A stretch of DNA of 48,924 nt, from IMG/VR virus record IMGVR_UViG_3300045988_100566. One strand, given 5' to 3'. The notes beneath the pieces are model-generated. The model did no database searches, had not been told where the DNA came from, and saw only the letters and a list, made by a program, of their open reading frames with translations. The position numbers and the translations under genes are program-made. Numbering within the stretch: the first letter of the stretch is position 1; each line of letters opens with the position of its first letter. The DNA is from a virus. This document shows positions 33,194 to 42,913 of this stretch, piece after piece.

Positions 33194-34123
33194 TTACTCA
33201 TCCTCCAGATTGAATATCTTTTCGTGATATGATACATTGATATTCATGTTTTTATAAGTATCGTCTTGTACTCCTTTGCTCTCATAAGTGGCAAAACCTA
33301 TTGTAACTGTTCCTACTGGAATTTGCAGCCATGAGCTGTCTAAGTCAAAATATCGCAAGTATGATTCCCATGGACTATTTTCATCTTTTCTACCACGGAT
33401 ATACCTTTCACCATCTACTGTACTGATTTCTATATCTTCACCTTCACTCAATGTTTTGTTAATATGAACAAACTCTTGCGTTTCTACGATCTTTAACTCT
33501 GGATTGTTTACAATACCTAAAGCATGAATCAATATCTTTGCACCTACCGGAATAGCACCTTGATTTGTTAACTGCTGCAAAAGTGCTCTTCTTCTTTTTC
33601 CGAAGATTGTACCTTTTCCTTTTTCATTCACCATTATCCATGGGAACTTCCAACTTGGTTGAAGAATAGCTATGCTTATACTTAACGGATTTGACGTTTG
33701 CCATAGCGGCTTGTTACATAATATCGAAAATGTGAACTTGCAAAATGCTCCGTTGTTTGTCTTGTACTCTTTTCCATACTTTATGCTGGCTTGTGCTTTT
33801 CCAAATAGGCTATAACCTTCTGCTTGAATCTCAATCTCATGCAAAGGATTCATGAATGCACTTAGAATCTTTTTCTTCCTTCTGAAGTCTTGCGTATTGT
33901 TATATACTATATAACCAAAGAAGCTTACTTCTCGGTCTTCTAAAGAAGTTGAAGAAATATATGAACCTATCTGTGTAGGAAAGTTATAAGTATTATGTTT
34001 TGCTTCAACTTCTCCCCAGTCAACAGAGCCATCATCAACATCTAATAGGTAGTCACCTTTATCTGAATCCATTACTATTTCTTTTCCTGTAACCAGATTT
34101 CTGAACTTTACAGATTCGACCAT
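33194..34123 (-). CDS. Distal tail protein (Dit, Sipho_tail-like)
   Basis: 309 aa directly after the tape measure gene. Beta-rich N-terminal domain. Confidence 0.65.
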   Translation of the reverse strand: MVESVKFRNLVTGKEIVMDSDKGDYLLDVDDGSVDWGEVEAKHNTYNFPTQIGSYISSTSLEDREVSFFGYIVYNNTQDFRRKKKILSAFMNPLHEIEIQAEGYSLFGKAQASIKYGKEYKTNNGAFCKFTFSILCNKPLWQTSNPLSISIAILQPSWKFPWIMVNEKGKGTIFGKRRRALLQQLTNQGAIPVGAKILIHALGIVNNPELKIVETQEFVHINKTLSEGEDIEISTVDGERYIRGRKDENSPWESYLRYFDLDSSWLQIPVGTVTIGFATYESKGVQDDTYKNMNINVSYHEKIFNLEDE

Positions 34124-34138
34124 ATTTCTTCACCTCCT

Positions 34139-36373
34139 TTAACTGAATCCTAATGCAATTTCTCTTTCTGCTCGTTTCATTTCTCTTGCTGCTTCTTTTG
34201 GTGTCAATGCTTTTGGACTGTAGAAGTTATAAGTATTTCCACCCTTTCCATAGTTAGCATTTTCTTCTGCCGTAAGAACTCTTTCTCCTTTATGCAACTC
34301 CGCTCTATATCCATCATACGGAACATAGTCCAGACCATTGCGGTGACTGCCATCTGGTTCATCGTCATCATCTTCCGCAGCTCTCTTTGCAGCTTTTACC
34401 TTTTTAGCTTCTTTTTTCCAAAATTTAACTTTATCTTCAATCCAATCTATAGAATCGTTTATCCAACTTGTAATGCTTTCCCATATACTTTTCATACCAT
34501 CCCACAGCATATTGAATATATTTTTACCTGCATCAAACATCGCCTGCCCTATTCCTAATACTGTTCCTACTGGGTCATTTACAACTTGGCTAAACCATTC
34601 TATAATTTGATTCCATACTTCCGTAAATCCGTCTTTTGCTTTATTAAACAGGTCTCTTGCTGCTTGCAACATTCTTGGACCTGTGTTGGTTATAAAGATT
34701 ATAATACTCTCAATGAAGTTCTTAAGTAACTGAATTATAGTGTCCCAAATTATCGAGAATATATTCTTTATACCGTCCCAAGCTGCTTGCCAGTCACCTG
34801 TTAATACAGCCATAAACACGGAAACAATCTCTTTGAATATTGCTATACTTGCATTTAATATTGTGATTATACTATTCCAAAACAATGAGAAATAATCTTG
34901 AATATTAAACAAATTGATTTCCCACAAACTTGTGATAAATGAAAGCACACTGTCAACTAAATCTCTTATTCCAAACAAATTTGTTTGATAAGCTATAAAC
35001 ATTCCTACAATAGCTGCGATAGCTATTCCTATTGGACCTGTTAAAGTAGCAAAAGCTGACCCTAATGTAGAAATAAGTGGGCCAATCAAACCTACTAATT
35101 GATGTATACTTAATAACGCTTTTGATAAATTTCCTAGCAATAAAAGCAAAGGGCCTACAGCAGCTACTATTAAACCTATCACAACAATGACTTGTTGAAC
35201 ACTTTCTGGCATCTCCGCAAGCCTTTGCATCATATTAGTTAACCATTCTACAAAATCAATAATATATGGAAGCAATATCTCGCCAAATTCTACACCTAAT
35301 AAAGAAGCATTTTTTCTTAATGTCTCCATCATGCTTCCCAAATCATTATAGCCTTCATCTTTCAGTTGTTGTGTAGCACCAGACACATCTAATGTTGCAT
35401 CCTTTATATTTCCCAACTGAGTAACTACTTCTGGACCTAAATCCTCCCACATAGTACCAAATAGGTTAGTCCCAGCTGTATTTTGAGCCAATGGGTCTTC
35501 CATTTCTCCAAGGGCAGAAACAACCTTATAAAATGCTTCCTTAGCACTGTCACCACCTTGAGCAAACTTAGCTGCCATCTCATCAGCATTAAGTCCTATT
35601 GCCTCAAATCCTGCTGCTGTGGTTTCGCTGCCGTCTATAACCCTGATTGATAGCTCTTTTACTGCATCACCGACTTTGTCAAGATTCCATGCACCGGATT
35701 CGGCACCCTGCTGAAATATCTGGAACATTTCCTCGGCACTAAACCCTAACTTTTTGAATTGCGGGCCATACTCATTGATAGAATCAATCAACTCGTCTGA
35801 GAAATTAAGCCCGTTTTGCATGCCCCAAGTCATTAAGTCAAATGCTTCCTCAGAAGTTGTGCCAAAGTTCTTCATTAAAGTATTTACAGTTCTTATACTT
35901 TCATTTACTTCTACGTCGAATGCATCTCTAAATGCAAAAGCTGATTCTGTCACATTTTGAAGCTCTTCTTCACTTAAATCACCTAGCTGTTTGTTCACTT
36001 CTACAAGTGCATCGCTTATGTCTTCAAAGCCTTCTCCATAATTGTTTTCATAAATTCTTTTCATTACTTCATCTAAAGACTGCATCTTCTCATCTGTTGC
36101 ACCTATGCTAATTTGTAAAGACTGAGATGCTTTGTCAAATTTACTTGCTGCCAGCACCATTCCTGTACCAACACCAAGAATCGGAACTGTAACATTTTTT
36201 GTAAGAGCAGAACCGGCTGTTGTCATTCCATCTGCTGCTACTTTAAACTTTTCTTTCGAGCCTTTAAGTTCATCGTTAAACTTTTTTACATCATCCAGAG
36301 CATCTTTAAAACCTTGTTTAAACTTAGATGTATCAATATCTAAATAACCTATAGCTGACCCTAAATCCACCAT
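34139..36373 (-). CDS. Tape measure protein
   Basis: 744 aa. Helical N-terminus, multi-TM/hydrophobic central block, canonical position after the G/T chaperones. Confidence 0.85.
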   Translation of the reverse strand: MVDLGSAIGYLDIDTSKFKQGFKDALDDVKKFNDELKGSKEKFKVAADGMTTAGSALTKNVTVPILGVGTGMVLAASKFDKASQSLQISIGATDEKMQSLDEVMKRIYENNYGEGFEDISDALVEVNKQLGDLSEEELQNVTESAFAFRDAFDVEVNESIRTVNTLMKNFGTTSEEAFDLMTWGMQNGLNFSDELIDSINEYGPQFKKLGFSAEEMFQIFQQGAESGAWNLDKVGDAVKELSIRVIDGSETTAAGFEAIGLNADEMAAKFAQGGDSAKEAFYKVVSALGEMEDPLAQNTAGTNLFGTMWEDLGPEVVTQLGNIKDATLDVSGATQQLKDEGYNDLGSMMETLRKNASLLGVEFGEILLPYIIDFVEWLTNMMQRLAEMPESVQQVIVVIGLIVAAVGPLLLLLGNLSKALLSIHQLVGLIGPLISTLGSAFATLTGPIGIAIAAIVGMFIAYQTNLFGIRDLVDSVLSFITSLWEINLFNIQDYFSLFWNSIITILNASIAIFKEIVSVFMAVLTGDWQAAWDGIKNIFSIIWDTIIQLLKNFIESIIIFITNTGPRMLQAARDLFNKAKDGFTEVWNQIIEWFSQVVNDPVGTVLGIGQAMFDAGKNIFNMLWDGMKSIWESITSWINDSIDWIEDKVKFWKKEAKKVKAAKRAAEDDDDEPDGSHRNGLDYVPYDGYRAELHKGERVLTAEENANYGKGGNTYNFYSPKALTPKEAAREMKRAEREIALGFS

Positions 36374-36400
36374 TTGATAAGCACCTCCTTCCTTACTAAA

Positions 36401-36643
36401 CTAATTCATCAAATCTTTATACAAATCAGACGGCTTAGAATAATGCATATTTTCTGTTTTAAATTTATGGAAGTTTGGTTTTTCACCATCCTTCATTTTA
36501 TTTATGATAAAAAGACAAGCACAATTAAAACAATATGCATCATACGTGTTTTGGAGGTTTATTATTTCTGCCGGGGTTTTTTGGAACTCCTTTGCCAGTC
36601 CAATTACTGTTAAGATTTCCGGGCTTTTGACGAAAGGATTCAA
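36401..36643 (-). CDS. Tail assembly chaperone T-frame ORF (overlaps the 3' end of G)
   Basis: Overlaps 36540-36643 in the +1 frame relative to G. This frame is open only from 36649. TTG at 36643. Confidence 0.55.
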   Translation of the reverse strand: MNPFVKSPEILTVIGLAKEFQKTPAEIINLQNTYDAYCFNCACLFIINKMKDGEKPNFHKFKTENMHYSKPSDLYKDLMN

Positions 36644-37016
36644 GGGCCTTTACACCCTTCTGAGAATAACTGAAGATTGCCATCATCTGGTCATCAGTAA
36701 GTCTTATTCCGGCATCCTCAAACTCTTCATATGTTGGTTCAATTAATGATGCTCTGCAGATTTCTTTTAATACACCATGCATATCTTTTAAGAAGTCTGT
36801 ATTGTCTGTATCAAGATCAGAACCTCCCATGAAAAGTTTGTTGGCGACAACTAATAAGCTATTTGGAATCCTTCCTTTTTCCACCATTGCCAGCATAGAA
36901 GGTCTTGACATTCTAACTACAAGTGGCTGTCCTTCAGCAAACGGTGGAAGCTCTACAACCTGTCCTTTTGCATATTCTTTAAGGTCTTCAATCCTTGTTA
37001 CTTTTAACTCACTCAT
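36540..37016 (-). CDS. Tail assembly chaperone G
   Basis: 158 aa, between the major tail and tape measure genes. AAAGGAGAG RBS. Confidence 0.7.
   Translation of the reverse strand: MSELKVTRIEDLKEYAKGQVVELPPFAEGQPLVVRMSRPSMLAMVEKGRIPNSLLVVANKLFMGGSDLDTDNTDFLKDMHGVLKEICRASLIEPTYEEFEDAGIRLTDDQMMAIFSYSQKGVKALESFRQKPGNLNSNWTGKGVPKNPGRNNKPPKHV
36577..36582 (-). promoter_or_regulatory. A6 run (CCA AAA AAC CCC in the G frame), candidate recoding site
   Basis: The only homopolymeric slippery stretch in the G/T overlap. Confidence 0.35.
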
Positions 37017-37048
37017 CTTTTACTCTCCTTTTGTTTATCTTTTATCTT

Positions 37049-37621
37049 TTATTCAATGTCCGGAAGAGTACTTACATACTCGATTGTATACGGAGCCTGT
37101 TTTTCGTCTGGTGCTGAATCAATTGTGTACTCAGATACACGGAATACGTTATCTTCAGAATTAAGCCCGAACGGCTGTCCTTGGCAGTTTGGATAGGTTA
37201 TTTTCTCATACCCAACAAGAACCGCTGCTGCGTCATAAATTGCAGAATATGCAATCAGGTCAAATACTTTTCCTTTTTCACCAGAACCAGCAACAGGAGG
37301 CTCATACTTCGTAACCTTACTTTCATACTCTGTTCCTTCCCAAGTAATCTTACCGCCCTGTAAAATAACAGCAAGCTCCGGAATAAACACATTGTCTGTA
37401 AGAGTAATACGATGTCCTGTGATAGTTGTCTGCTGTCCTTTCTGTGCTTTCAGCTTATTCTTAATAACCAACTTAATTGCTTCTGTTTCAGAAGTCTGAA
37501 CCTCTACTTCAATCTTATTAGCCGTATCAAGAGCTAACTCTCTTCCACTTGCGTCATCTTTAACCTTAATAGTTACAAGAGCGCAGTCTATTGTTGGTAT
37601 CTCATTACCTTTTTTTAACAT
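37049..37621 (-). CDS. Major tail protein
   Basis: 190 aa, beta-rich. Position upstream of the chaperones. AAAGGAGAAAAAAG RBS. Confidence 0.7.
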   Translation of the reverse strand: MLKKGNEIPTIDCALVTIKVKDDASGRELALDTANKIEVEVQTSETEAIKLVIKNKLKAQKGQQTTITGHRITLTDNVFIPELAVILQGGKITWEGTEYESKVTKYEPPVAGSGEKGKVFDLIAYSAIYDAAAVLVGYEKITYPNCQGQPFGLNSEDNVFRVSEYTIDSAPDEKQAPYTIEYVSTLPDIE

Positions 37622-37636
37622 GCTTTTTTCTCCTTT

Positions 37637-37996
37637 CTAAAGTAACTTATTTCTTGCATAACACCTATATTCAACACTCTTTGAATAATCATTATTCACC
37701 GTATCGAGAAAGCTTGGTGTCTCAAGCCCAGTTGGCATTACCATAGGAGCCAACCTTTCTACTGCTGTTTTGCACTTTTTTGCAAAATCATCAAGTTCCA
37801 AATACATTTCGATAGGAACATGACAATATATGCTATACATTCTCTGCTGAGTTGAAAACGTTTGGAACTTTGCTGCACCTTCATCTTTTACAACACAATA
37901 TGGACTTTTGCATTCTCCTTTGTGTGATGCTGGTGGATACACATCAATTCCATCTTTCAATAACTCATCAGTGATTCTTTTTACTATTTCTTCCAT
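37637..37996 (-). CDS. Tail terminator / tail completion protein
   Basis: Start moved to MEEIVKRI, just after the upstream stop at 38001. Positional call. Confidence 0.45.
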   Translation of the reverse strand: MEEIVKRITDELLKDGIDVYPPASHKGECKSPYCVVKDEGAAKFQTFSTQQRMYSIYCHVPIEMYLELDDFAKKCKTAVERLAPMVMPTGLETPSFLDTVNNDYSKSVEYRCYARNKLL

Positions 37997-38000
37997 GATA

Positions 38001-38360
38001 TCACTTTCCCATCTTTTCCAATAAGCTTTGGAGCTGCTCAAAAAACTCTGGTGACTTTATATTTATTGTTGGCTTTATGATACTGTAGTTTCCATCATTT
38101 GCAAGCTCAAGCCATATACCATAATCTACTCCATGTGATAGAGTGATTCTGATTCTATCCGGAAGGTCTTCAACATAACTGGTTAATAAAGCCTTAGCTG
38201 CTCCAGTTCTATCCTTCCACGGCCTATTTAGCTTTGCGTAAGCCTCTAGCTCTTCTGACTTGGTTGATGCAAACATATTCAATGCAGTTAAAGCTTTCTT
38301 GTCAACTTTTGCTACACCATCAATTATGTTGTCCATGCTAAACTCAAATTCCATAGCCAT
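38001..38360 (-). CDS. HK97 gp10-like neck/tail component
   Basis: NRPWKDRTGAAKALLTSYVE...HGVDYGIWLE resembles the gp10-family motif. Confidence 0.55.
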   Translation of the reverse strand: MAMEFEFSMDNIIDGVAKVDKKALTALNMFASTKSEELEAYAKLNRPWKDRTGAAKALLTSYVEDLPDRIRITLSHGVDYGIWLELANDGNYSIIKPTINIKSPEFFEQLQSLLEKMGK

Positions 38361-38363
38361 GAC

Positions 38364-38720
38364 TTACACCTCCATTTCCAGAGATATATCAACAACTATA
38401 CCATAGTTTTGTACATCAAGAACTCCCGTTACTTTGTATTTATTACCGGCAATCTCTGTATAATCACCCTGTTCTATTCCTATTGCATTTTCTTTCAAAG
38501 TAAGTATTGTAGGAACCTTTTTGCTTTGCACCATTGACGCATCTGCCTTTAATAACGAAATATAGCCATTTGTCTCATGGTATATTCCTTTGACGATGGC
38601 TATATCTTCTTCACCTACAATCTGGTGATACTTATTTTCTTTTTTTCTTTTGAACTGATATTCTTGGCCGCTTCTGGCAATCTCGTTTTTTATTTGGTGC
38701 TTCATAAATTTTATATTCAT
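38364..38720 (-). CDS. Head closure / head-tail joining protein
   Basis: 118 aa. The C-terminal YTEIAGNKYKVTGVLDVQNYG pattern is typical of the H_T_join family. Confidence 0.5.
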   Translation of the reverse strand: MNIKFMKHQIKNEIARSGQEYQFKRKKENKYHQIVGEEDIAIVKGIYHETNGYISLLKADASMVQSKKVPTILTLKENAIGIEQGDYTEIAGNKYKVTGVLDVQNYGIVVDISLEMEV

Positions 38721-38984
38721 TTAATCACCCCCGAGAATGCCAGTATTTGAAGGCCGGAACTTTGATGCTAATCTCTTAAAGTAACCTGATGTGTCTTGTG
38801 TAGTCAATCCGCTAACCACTATAGACGACACCTCAGACTTAATAAGAAGCATCTCGTAAATGGTGGCATTTACATCACCACCGTTCTTTTCTAAGTAATA
38901 TGTAAAATCATCCTCATTGAAGTACGGGAACTGTTCTTCTCTTACCTCTCTTTTGATTATATCAATCACTTTAGAATCTGGCAT
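38721..38984 (-). CDS. Head-tail connector (adaptor) protein
   Basis: 87 aa. Positional call downstream of the capsid gene. Confidence 0.4.
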   Translation of the reverse strand: MPDSKVIDIIKREVREEQFPYFNEDDFTYYLEKNGGDVNATIYEMLLIKSEVSSIVVSGLTTQDTSGYFKRLASKFRPSNTGILGGD

Positions 38985-39003
38985 CTAAATGCCACCTCCT
39001 TTC

Positions 39004-39321
39004 TTACATCTCTTCTTCGATGTATTTTCTCACTCTGTCTTTAACTTCATTAAAGCTTGTGATTCCGGAAACGTCAATTCCTTTTTTAGCGATGAAGTTC
39101 TTCACTTCATTTTTTGTCCACTGCGAAATAGGCTTTTCCACCAGAGCTTCAGCATCTTTATCAACATGTTCCGCATGCTCAGTTGCTTCTGCATCATTAT
39201 TATCTTCTACAGCTTCTGCCTCTGCATCAACGATGATAGAATAGCCCTGCTTCTGGAAGATGCTTTCATAAGCACCTCTGGAAACTTCAAATTCATTGAT
39301 TCCGTTTGTAATAACTACCAT
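39004..39321 (-). CDS. Hypothetical protein with C-terminal HeH (Rho_N-like) motif
   Basis: WTKNEVKNFIAKKGIDVSGITSFNEVKDRVRKYI. Acidic linker. Confidence 0.5.
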   Translation of the reverse strand: MVVITNGINEFEVSRGAYESIFQKQGYSIIVDAEAEAVEDNNDAEATEHAEHVDKDAEALVEKPISQWTKNEVKNFIAKKGIDVSGITSFNEVKDRVRKYIEEEM

Positions 39322-39333
39322 GCCTTTACCTCC

Positions 39334-40362
39334 TTATGCCTTTGTATCAAGGATATAAACCTGATCTGCCATAGGGAAGTCAGGCAGACAAATCATAGAA
39401 ACGATTGTTTCTACATTAACCGGGTCTGCTTTCTCAACTGTGGTTACTGCAACACCTGTATCTGTGATTGATACGTTAGCAACTTTAGAAGCCATCAAAT
39501 CAGACTCGGCTGGAGTTGTTCCAAACCATGTCTTTCCAAGTGCGCCATCTGGGAATAACGCAACTGTGTCAGTCGGCATGTAAGGAGTTGTAACACCTTT
39601 CTCATCTTTGTACTTGTACGGATTTACTTTAAGCACGATTCCAAGTTCATCCAGTAGATACTGTGATAACTTCTTGTCTGAAATAGCACCCATACCGTTT
39701 GTCAGCACGAAGATTTCTTTCTTAATCTTGTCGCTGTTTCTCAGGTCTCTCCAGGTTTTTCTATCACACATACCTCTTGTGATAACAGCGCCAGTATCAT
39801 CGTAAATTTTCTCAATAGCTTTTCTCAGGTCTTCCATCGGGTCACACGTTGCTGACTTCTCCCAGCTAACCGCTGCATTTCCTTTGTGTGTTACGCCATA
39901 ATCATATGTAAACGTCTGTCCATTTGCTGCCATAGAAATAACACCTGTTGTCAGAGCCATCATTCTCATTCTCTCGCGAGAAGCTCTTGCACCTTTGAGA
40001 AGTTCTGTCTGGTCATCAAAGATTCTTAAAATAATAGAATCGATGTATGCCTGATTTCCGGTTTCAAGAACCATGTTAAGTTCCTGCCGCATCTCTTCAT
40101 CAATATACTTGGATTCTTTGAAGTATGGCATATCTGCACTTAACTTATCGAATCCAATTCTTGGTCTCGGAACTGCCGCTGCATCAAAAGCAGATGTCTT
40201 TAATACAATCGGCTGGCCGGAAGCACCTTTAAGCCATTTGAGCGTTAAGCCTCTCTTTTTATCATTCGGGAATAACTCCTGTGCCGGATATACGTCACCA
40301 TCCGGAAGCTGCTCCCAATATGCTGTCAATTCCTGACTTGTAATAAGGTCAAATATTGTCAT
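39334..40362 (-). CDS. Major capsid protein (lambda E-like family)
   Basis: 342 aa. N-terminus MTIFDLITSQELTAYWEQLP...ELFPNDKKRGLTLKWLKG is typical of Phage_cap_E. Confidence 0.8.
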   Translation of the reverse strand: MTIFDLITSQELTAYWEQLPDGDVYPAQELFPNDKKRGLTLKWLKGASGQPIVLKTSAFDAAAVPRPRIGFDKLSADMPYFKESKYIDEEMRQELNMVLETGNQAYIDSIILRIFDDQTELLKGARASRERMRMMALTTGVISMAANGQTFTYDYGVTHKGNAAVSWEKSATCDPMEDLRKAIEKIYDDTGAVITRGMCDRKTWRDLRNSDKIKKEIFVLTNGMGAISDKKLSQYLLDELGIVLKVNPYKYKDEKGVTTPYMPTDTVALFPDGALGKTWFGTTPAESDLMASKVANVSITDTGVAVTTVEKADPVNVETIVSMICLPDFPMADQVYILDTKA

Positions 40363-40381
40363 CTGTTTATCTCTCCTTTCT

Positions 40382-40753
40382 TTATGCCTTTACAAACGTA
40401 ATCATCTTACTTGCGCTTGCATTTGTAAGAGCTGTATCAATCTTAGCTTCAACACCAGAAGCCAGTCTGTTAAGATTTACAAAACCAAAAATCAGAGCTG
40501 TTCCGTTTGCATTTGCATCTCTTGCATCAACATCATGCAGAAGTACCGCATTCATTTCATGAGTATCTGCATCTGCAATTTCTGCCGGTGTCTGAAGATT
40601 CTTTAAGTCAATCTTTATCGGTGTACCTGCCGGAACAATGGCAGTTGCATCTTTTTTTACAACACAGCCAACCGAAACCTGATGCTCTACATTGAGAAGA
40701 ATCTGATTTACGTTTACCGCTGTCGTTTTTGTGATTCCAGATTTATTTAACAT
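40382..40753 (-). CDS. Head decoration protein candidate
   Basis: 123 aa between scaffold and capsid genes. Beta-rich. Confidence 0.4.
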   Translation of the reverse strand: MLNKSGITKTTAVNVNQILLNVEHQVSVGCVVKKDATAIVPAGTPIKIDLKNLQTPAEIADADTHEMNAVLLHDVDARDANANGTALIFGFVNLNRLASGVEAKIDTALTNASASKMITFVKA

Positions 40754-40770
40754 TCTTTCAACCTCCTTCT

Positions 40771-41448
40771 TTAACTCCAGAAGCTGCTCTTGCTTGAATC
40801 ATTCTGTTGTTTTCTCTGAGCAGCCAATCTTGCTCCAAGGCTTTTGCCTTTTCCACCTTTGTTGTTCTTATCTTTGTTGCTGACAGAAGAACCTGTACCT
40901 TTCTTTCCGGTTGATTCTGAATCATCTTCACCAGAACCTTCACCAAACCATACTGGGTATTTCTTCTTAAACTCTCCCATGATAACTTTGGCATCTGCAT
41001 CTTCATCAGTCATCTTAGACATTGCCAGTGTAACAATATCTTCAACGTACTGTGTTTTAACACCCATCATCATGGCTTCCGCTTTTAACTCAGCGGTAAG
41101 TGCTTTTCTCTCTGCCTCTGCAAGCTTTGCATCATTCTCAGCTTTATTCTCGGCAGCAACGTCTTCATCTGACTTCTGGCTGTTTACAAAAGCTTTGAAC
41201 ATAGCAATCATTTTGGTGTCTTTTGGATCGATACCCAACTCCTTATACACAGAGTTCTTGCCCTGTTTCTTTTCTTTGGACATCATCCTTGTTACCTGAG
41301 CCTGCGTAAAAGTCTTTTCTTTGTTTGTTTCGTCTTTGCCTTTTTCATCATCAGCTCCAGCACCCTCATCCGTCTGGTCTTCTGTTCCCTCATTATCAAG
41401 GGTCTCATCTTCTAACTCTTCATCAAGCTCTTTGTTCTCTGCACCCAT
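40771..41448 (-). CDS. Scaffolding protein
   Basis: 225 aa, acidic N-terminus, long helices, basic C-terminus. Position upstream of the capsid gene. Confidence 0.6.
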   Translation of the reverse strand: MGAENKELDEELEDETLDNEGTEDQTDEGAGADDEKGKDETNKEKTFTQAQVTRMMSKEKKQGKNSVYKELGIDPKDTKMIAMFKAFVNSQKSDEDVAAENKAENDAKLAEAERKALTAELKAEAMMMGVKTQYVEDIVTLAMSKMTDEDADAKVIMGEFKKKYPVWFGEGSGEDDSESTGKKGTGSSVSNKDKNNKGGKGKSLGARLAAQRKQQNDSSKSSFWS

Positions 41449-41531
41449 TTTATTTTCTCCTTTCTATTTTCCACATCTTGCTGTGGTACACTTAAAATCC
41501 TGAATACAGGTATTTATATTAAACAGCAGGC

Positions 41532-41930
41532 TTACACGCTAAAGTGTATCTCAACGTTTTCCTTTTTCTCTGAATCAAAATATGCTTTTCCTTCATACTT
41601 TTTCATCAGCTCAAACCGTCTTCTTTTAAGTTTTCCGGTAAGTTTTCCGAATAACACTTTATACCTTTCTAAGCATTTTCTCTTTACGCCTTTTACTTCT
41701 GACTTTGCTGCTGAAATTGCTGCAACAATTGTGATGATTCTTCTCAATATGGATTTTGTTTCATCATTGTCCACCTGAACAAAATACCTTTTTCCACATT
41801 CACAATCGAAATATGTAAGGTCTATCATTTCGCCATCAATAATCACTGACAGTTTTTTCACCACATTGTTATTCAGTACGAAATTTCTTTTGCATTCTGA
41901 GCAAATAAAAGGAATTTGTAATTTTTCCAT
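41532..41930 (-). CDS. Hypothetical zinc-ribbon protein (moron in the head module)
   Basis: CSECKRNF....CECGKRYF. AAAGGAGAAAAG RBS. Confidence 0.55.
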   Translation of the reverse strand: MEKLQIPFICSECKRNFVLNNNVVKKLSVIIDGEMIDLTYFDCECGKRYFVQVDNDETKSILRRIITIVAAISAAKSEVKGVKRKCLERYKVLFGKLTGKLKRRRFELMKKYEGKAYFDSEKKENVEIHFSV

Positions 41931-42018
41931 AACTTTTCTCCTTTACTTTAAACCAAAACAAAACCGGTATTGCTACCTACATTGCTTATCTAAACAACTT
42001 AACTTTTTATTTTAAAAA

Positions 42019-42201
42019 TTAGAACATAATGTCTGTGATTTCTTTACATGTATCAAACATAACTTTATGAACATTTACTTCAACGAACTTGCTAACTGCT
42101 TCGATGTTATCCATAACTTTCTTAGCCTCACCGTATGTATTGTACATATAGATGTCTCCCTCGAAGTAAATTCCTTTGTTGTTGTTTACTAATTTCATCA
42201 T
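42019..42201 (-). CDS. Small hypothetical protein (60 aa)
   Basis: Start moved to the ATGATG after AGAGGAGGAAAAC. The upstream part of the track ORF is the P8 promoter and leader. Confidence 0.6.
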   Translation of the reverse strand: MMKLVNNNKGIYFEGDIYMYNTYGEAKKVMDNIEAVSKFVEVNVHKVMFDTCKEITDIMF

Positions 42202-42255
42202 TTTGTTTTCCTCCTCTGAGTGATTTGTTTTTGTTTGTTTATTGATTATGTATAT

Positions 42256-42284
42256 ATTATAATATAAAAACCTGCATTTGTAAA
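42256..42284 (-). promoter_or_regulatory. Class-I promoter P8 (inside the late region)
   Basis: AAAAACCTATTTACA-17 nt-TATAAT. -35 at 42279..42284, -10 at 42256..42261. Confidence 0.75.
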
Positions 42285-42309
42285 TAGGTTTTTGCAAAAT
42301 TTTTAAAAT

Positions 42310-42870
42310 TTATTCAACTATTTTGCAGCCATCCAACTCAATATACTGTCCATCTTTAACAGTTACTGAATAGGTTCCTTCAAAGAACTCCAGCATTTCA
42401 ATGTAATACCCATCAACTTTGCTGCTTGATTTTACAACTACATTACTGCCTAATATACCTGGCTCAGTTGCTTCAAGATTGTACTCACCAGCTGGAATGT
42501 CAATTCCTACTCTGTACTCAGCATCATTCTCTGTATACTGAACTCTTAAGTCTTCTGTAACTGGATAGAAATTTGCATCTGTTACATTAAGATACATCCC
42601 TTCATCCAGAGTAAAGAATCCGTTTCCATAAAATGTTGAAAACTCTAATTCTTCAGAATCTGCTGCATTTCCATCTTTTACAGTTACAACACCAAGTTCA
42701 TCATGCTCAGCATAGAACACATATTCACCAGCTGGAATATCTTTACCTATTTTGTAACTTCCTGAATTATACTCAACTGAGTTGCTTTCACTTGCCTGTG
42801 TATTACCACAAGCTGAAATTGAAAAAGCTGCTGTAACCATGGCTACTGTAACAATGAATCTTTTCTTCAT
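42310..42870 (-). CDS. Lipoprotein with an internal duplication (superinfection-exclusion/receptor-masking candidate)
   Basis: Signal peptide plus lipobox MKKRFIVTVAMVTAAFSISAC. Two repeats around YKIGKDIPAGEYVF and YRVGIDIPAGEYNL. AAGGAGG RBS. Confidence 0.75.
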   Translation of the reverse strand: MKKRFIVTVAMVTAAFSISACGNTQASESNSVEYNSGSYKIGKDIPAGEYVFYAEHDELGVVTVKDGNAADSEELEFSTFYGNGFFTLDEGMYLNVTDANFYPVTEDLRVQYTENDAEYRVGIDIPAGEYNLEATEPGILGSNVVVKSSSKVDGYYIEMLEFFEGTYSVTVKDGQYIELDGCKIVE

Positions 42871-42913
42871 AAGTTACCTCCTTGAATTTATTTAGTTTTA
42901 CTTTATATGTATT

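Noticed and set aside
36571-36585. A canonical -1 frameshift on the heptamer A AAA AAC in the G chaperone gene.
   Set aside because: The -1 frame reads KKPRQK and then stops. It does not enter the downstream T ORF, which is in the +1 frame.
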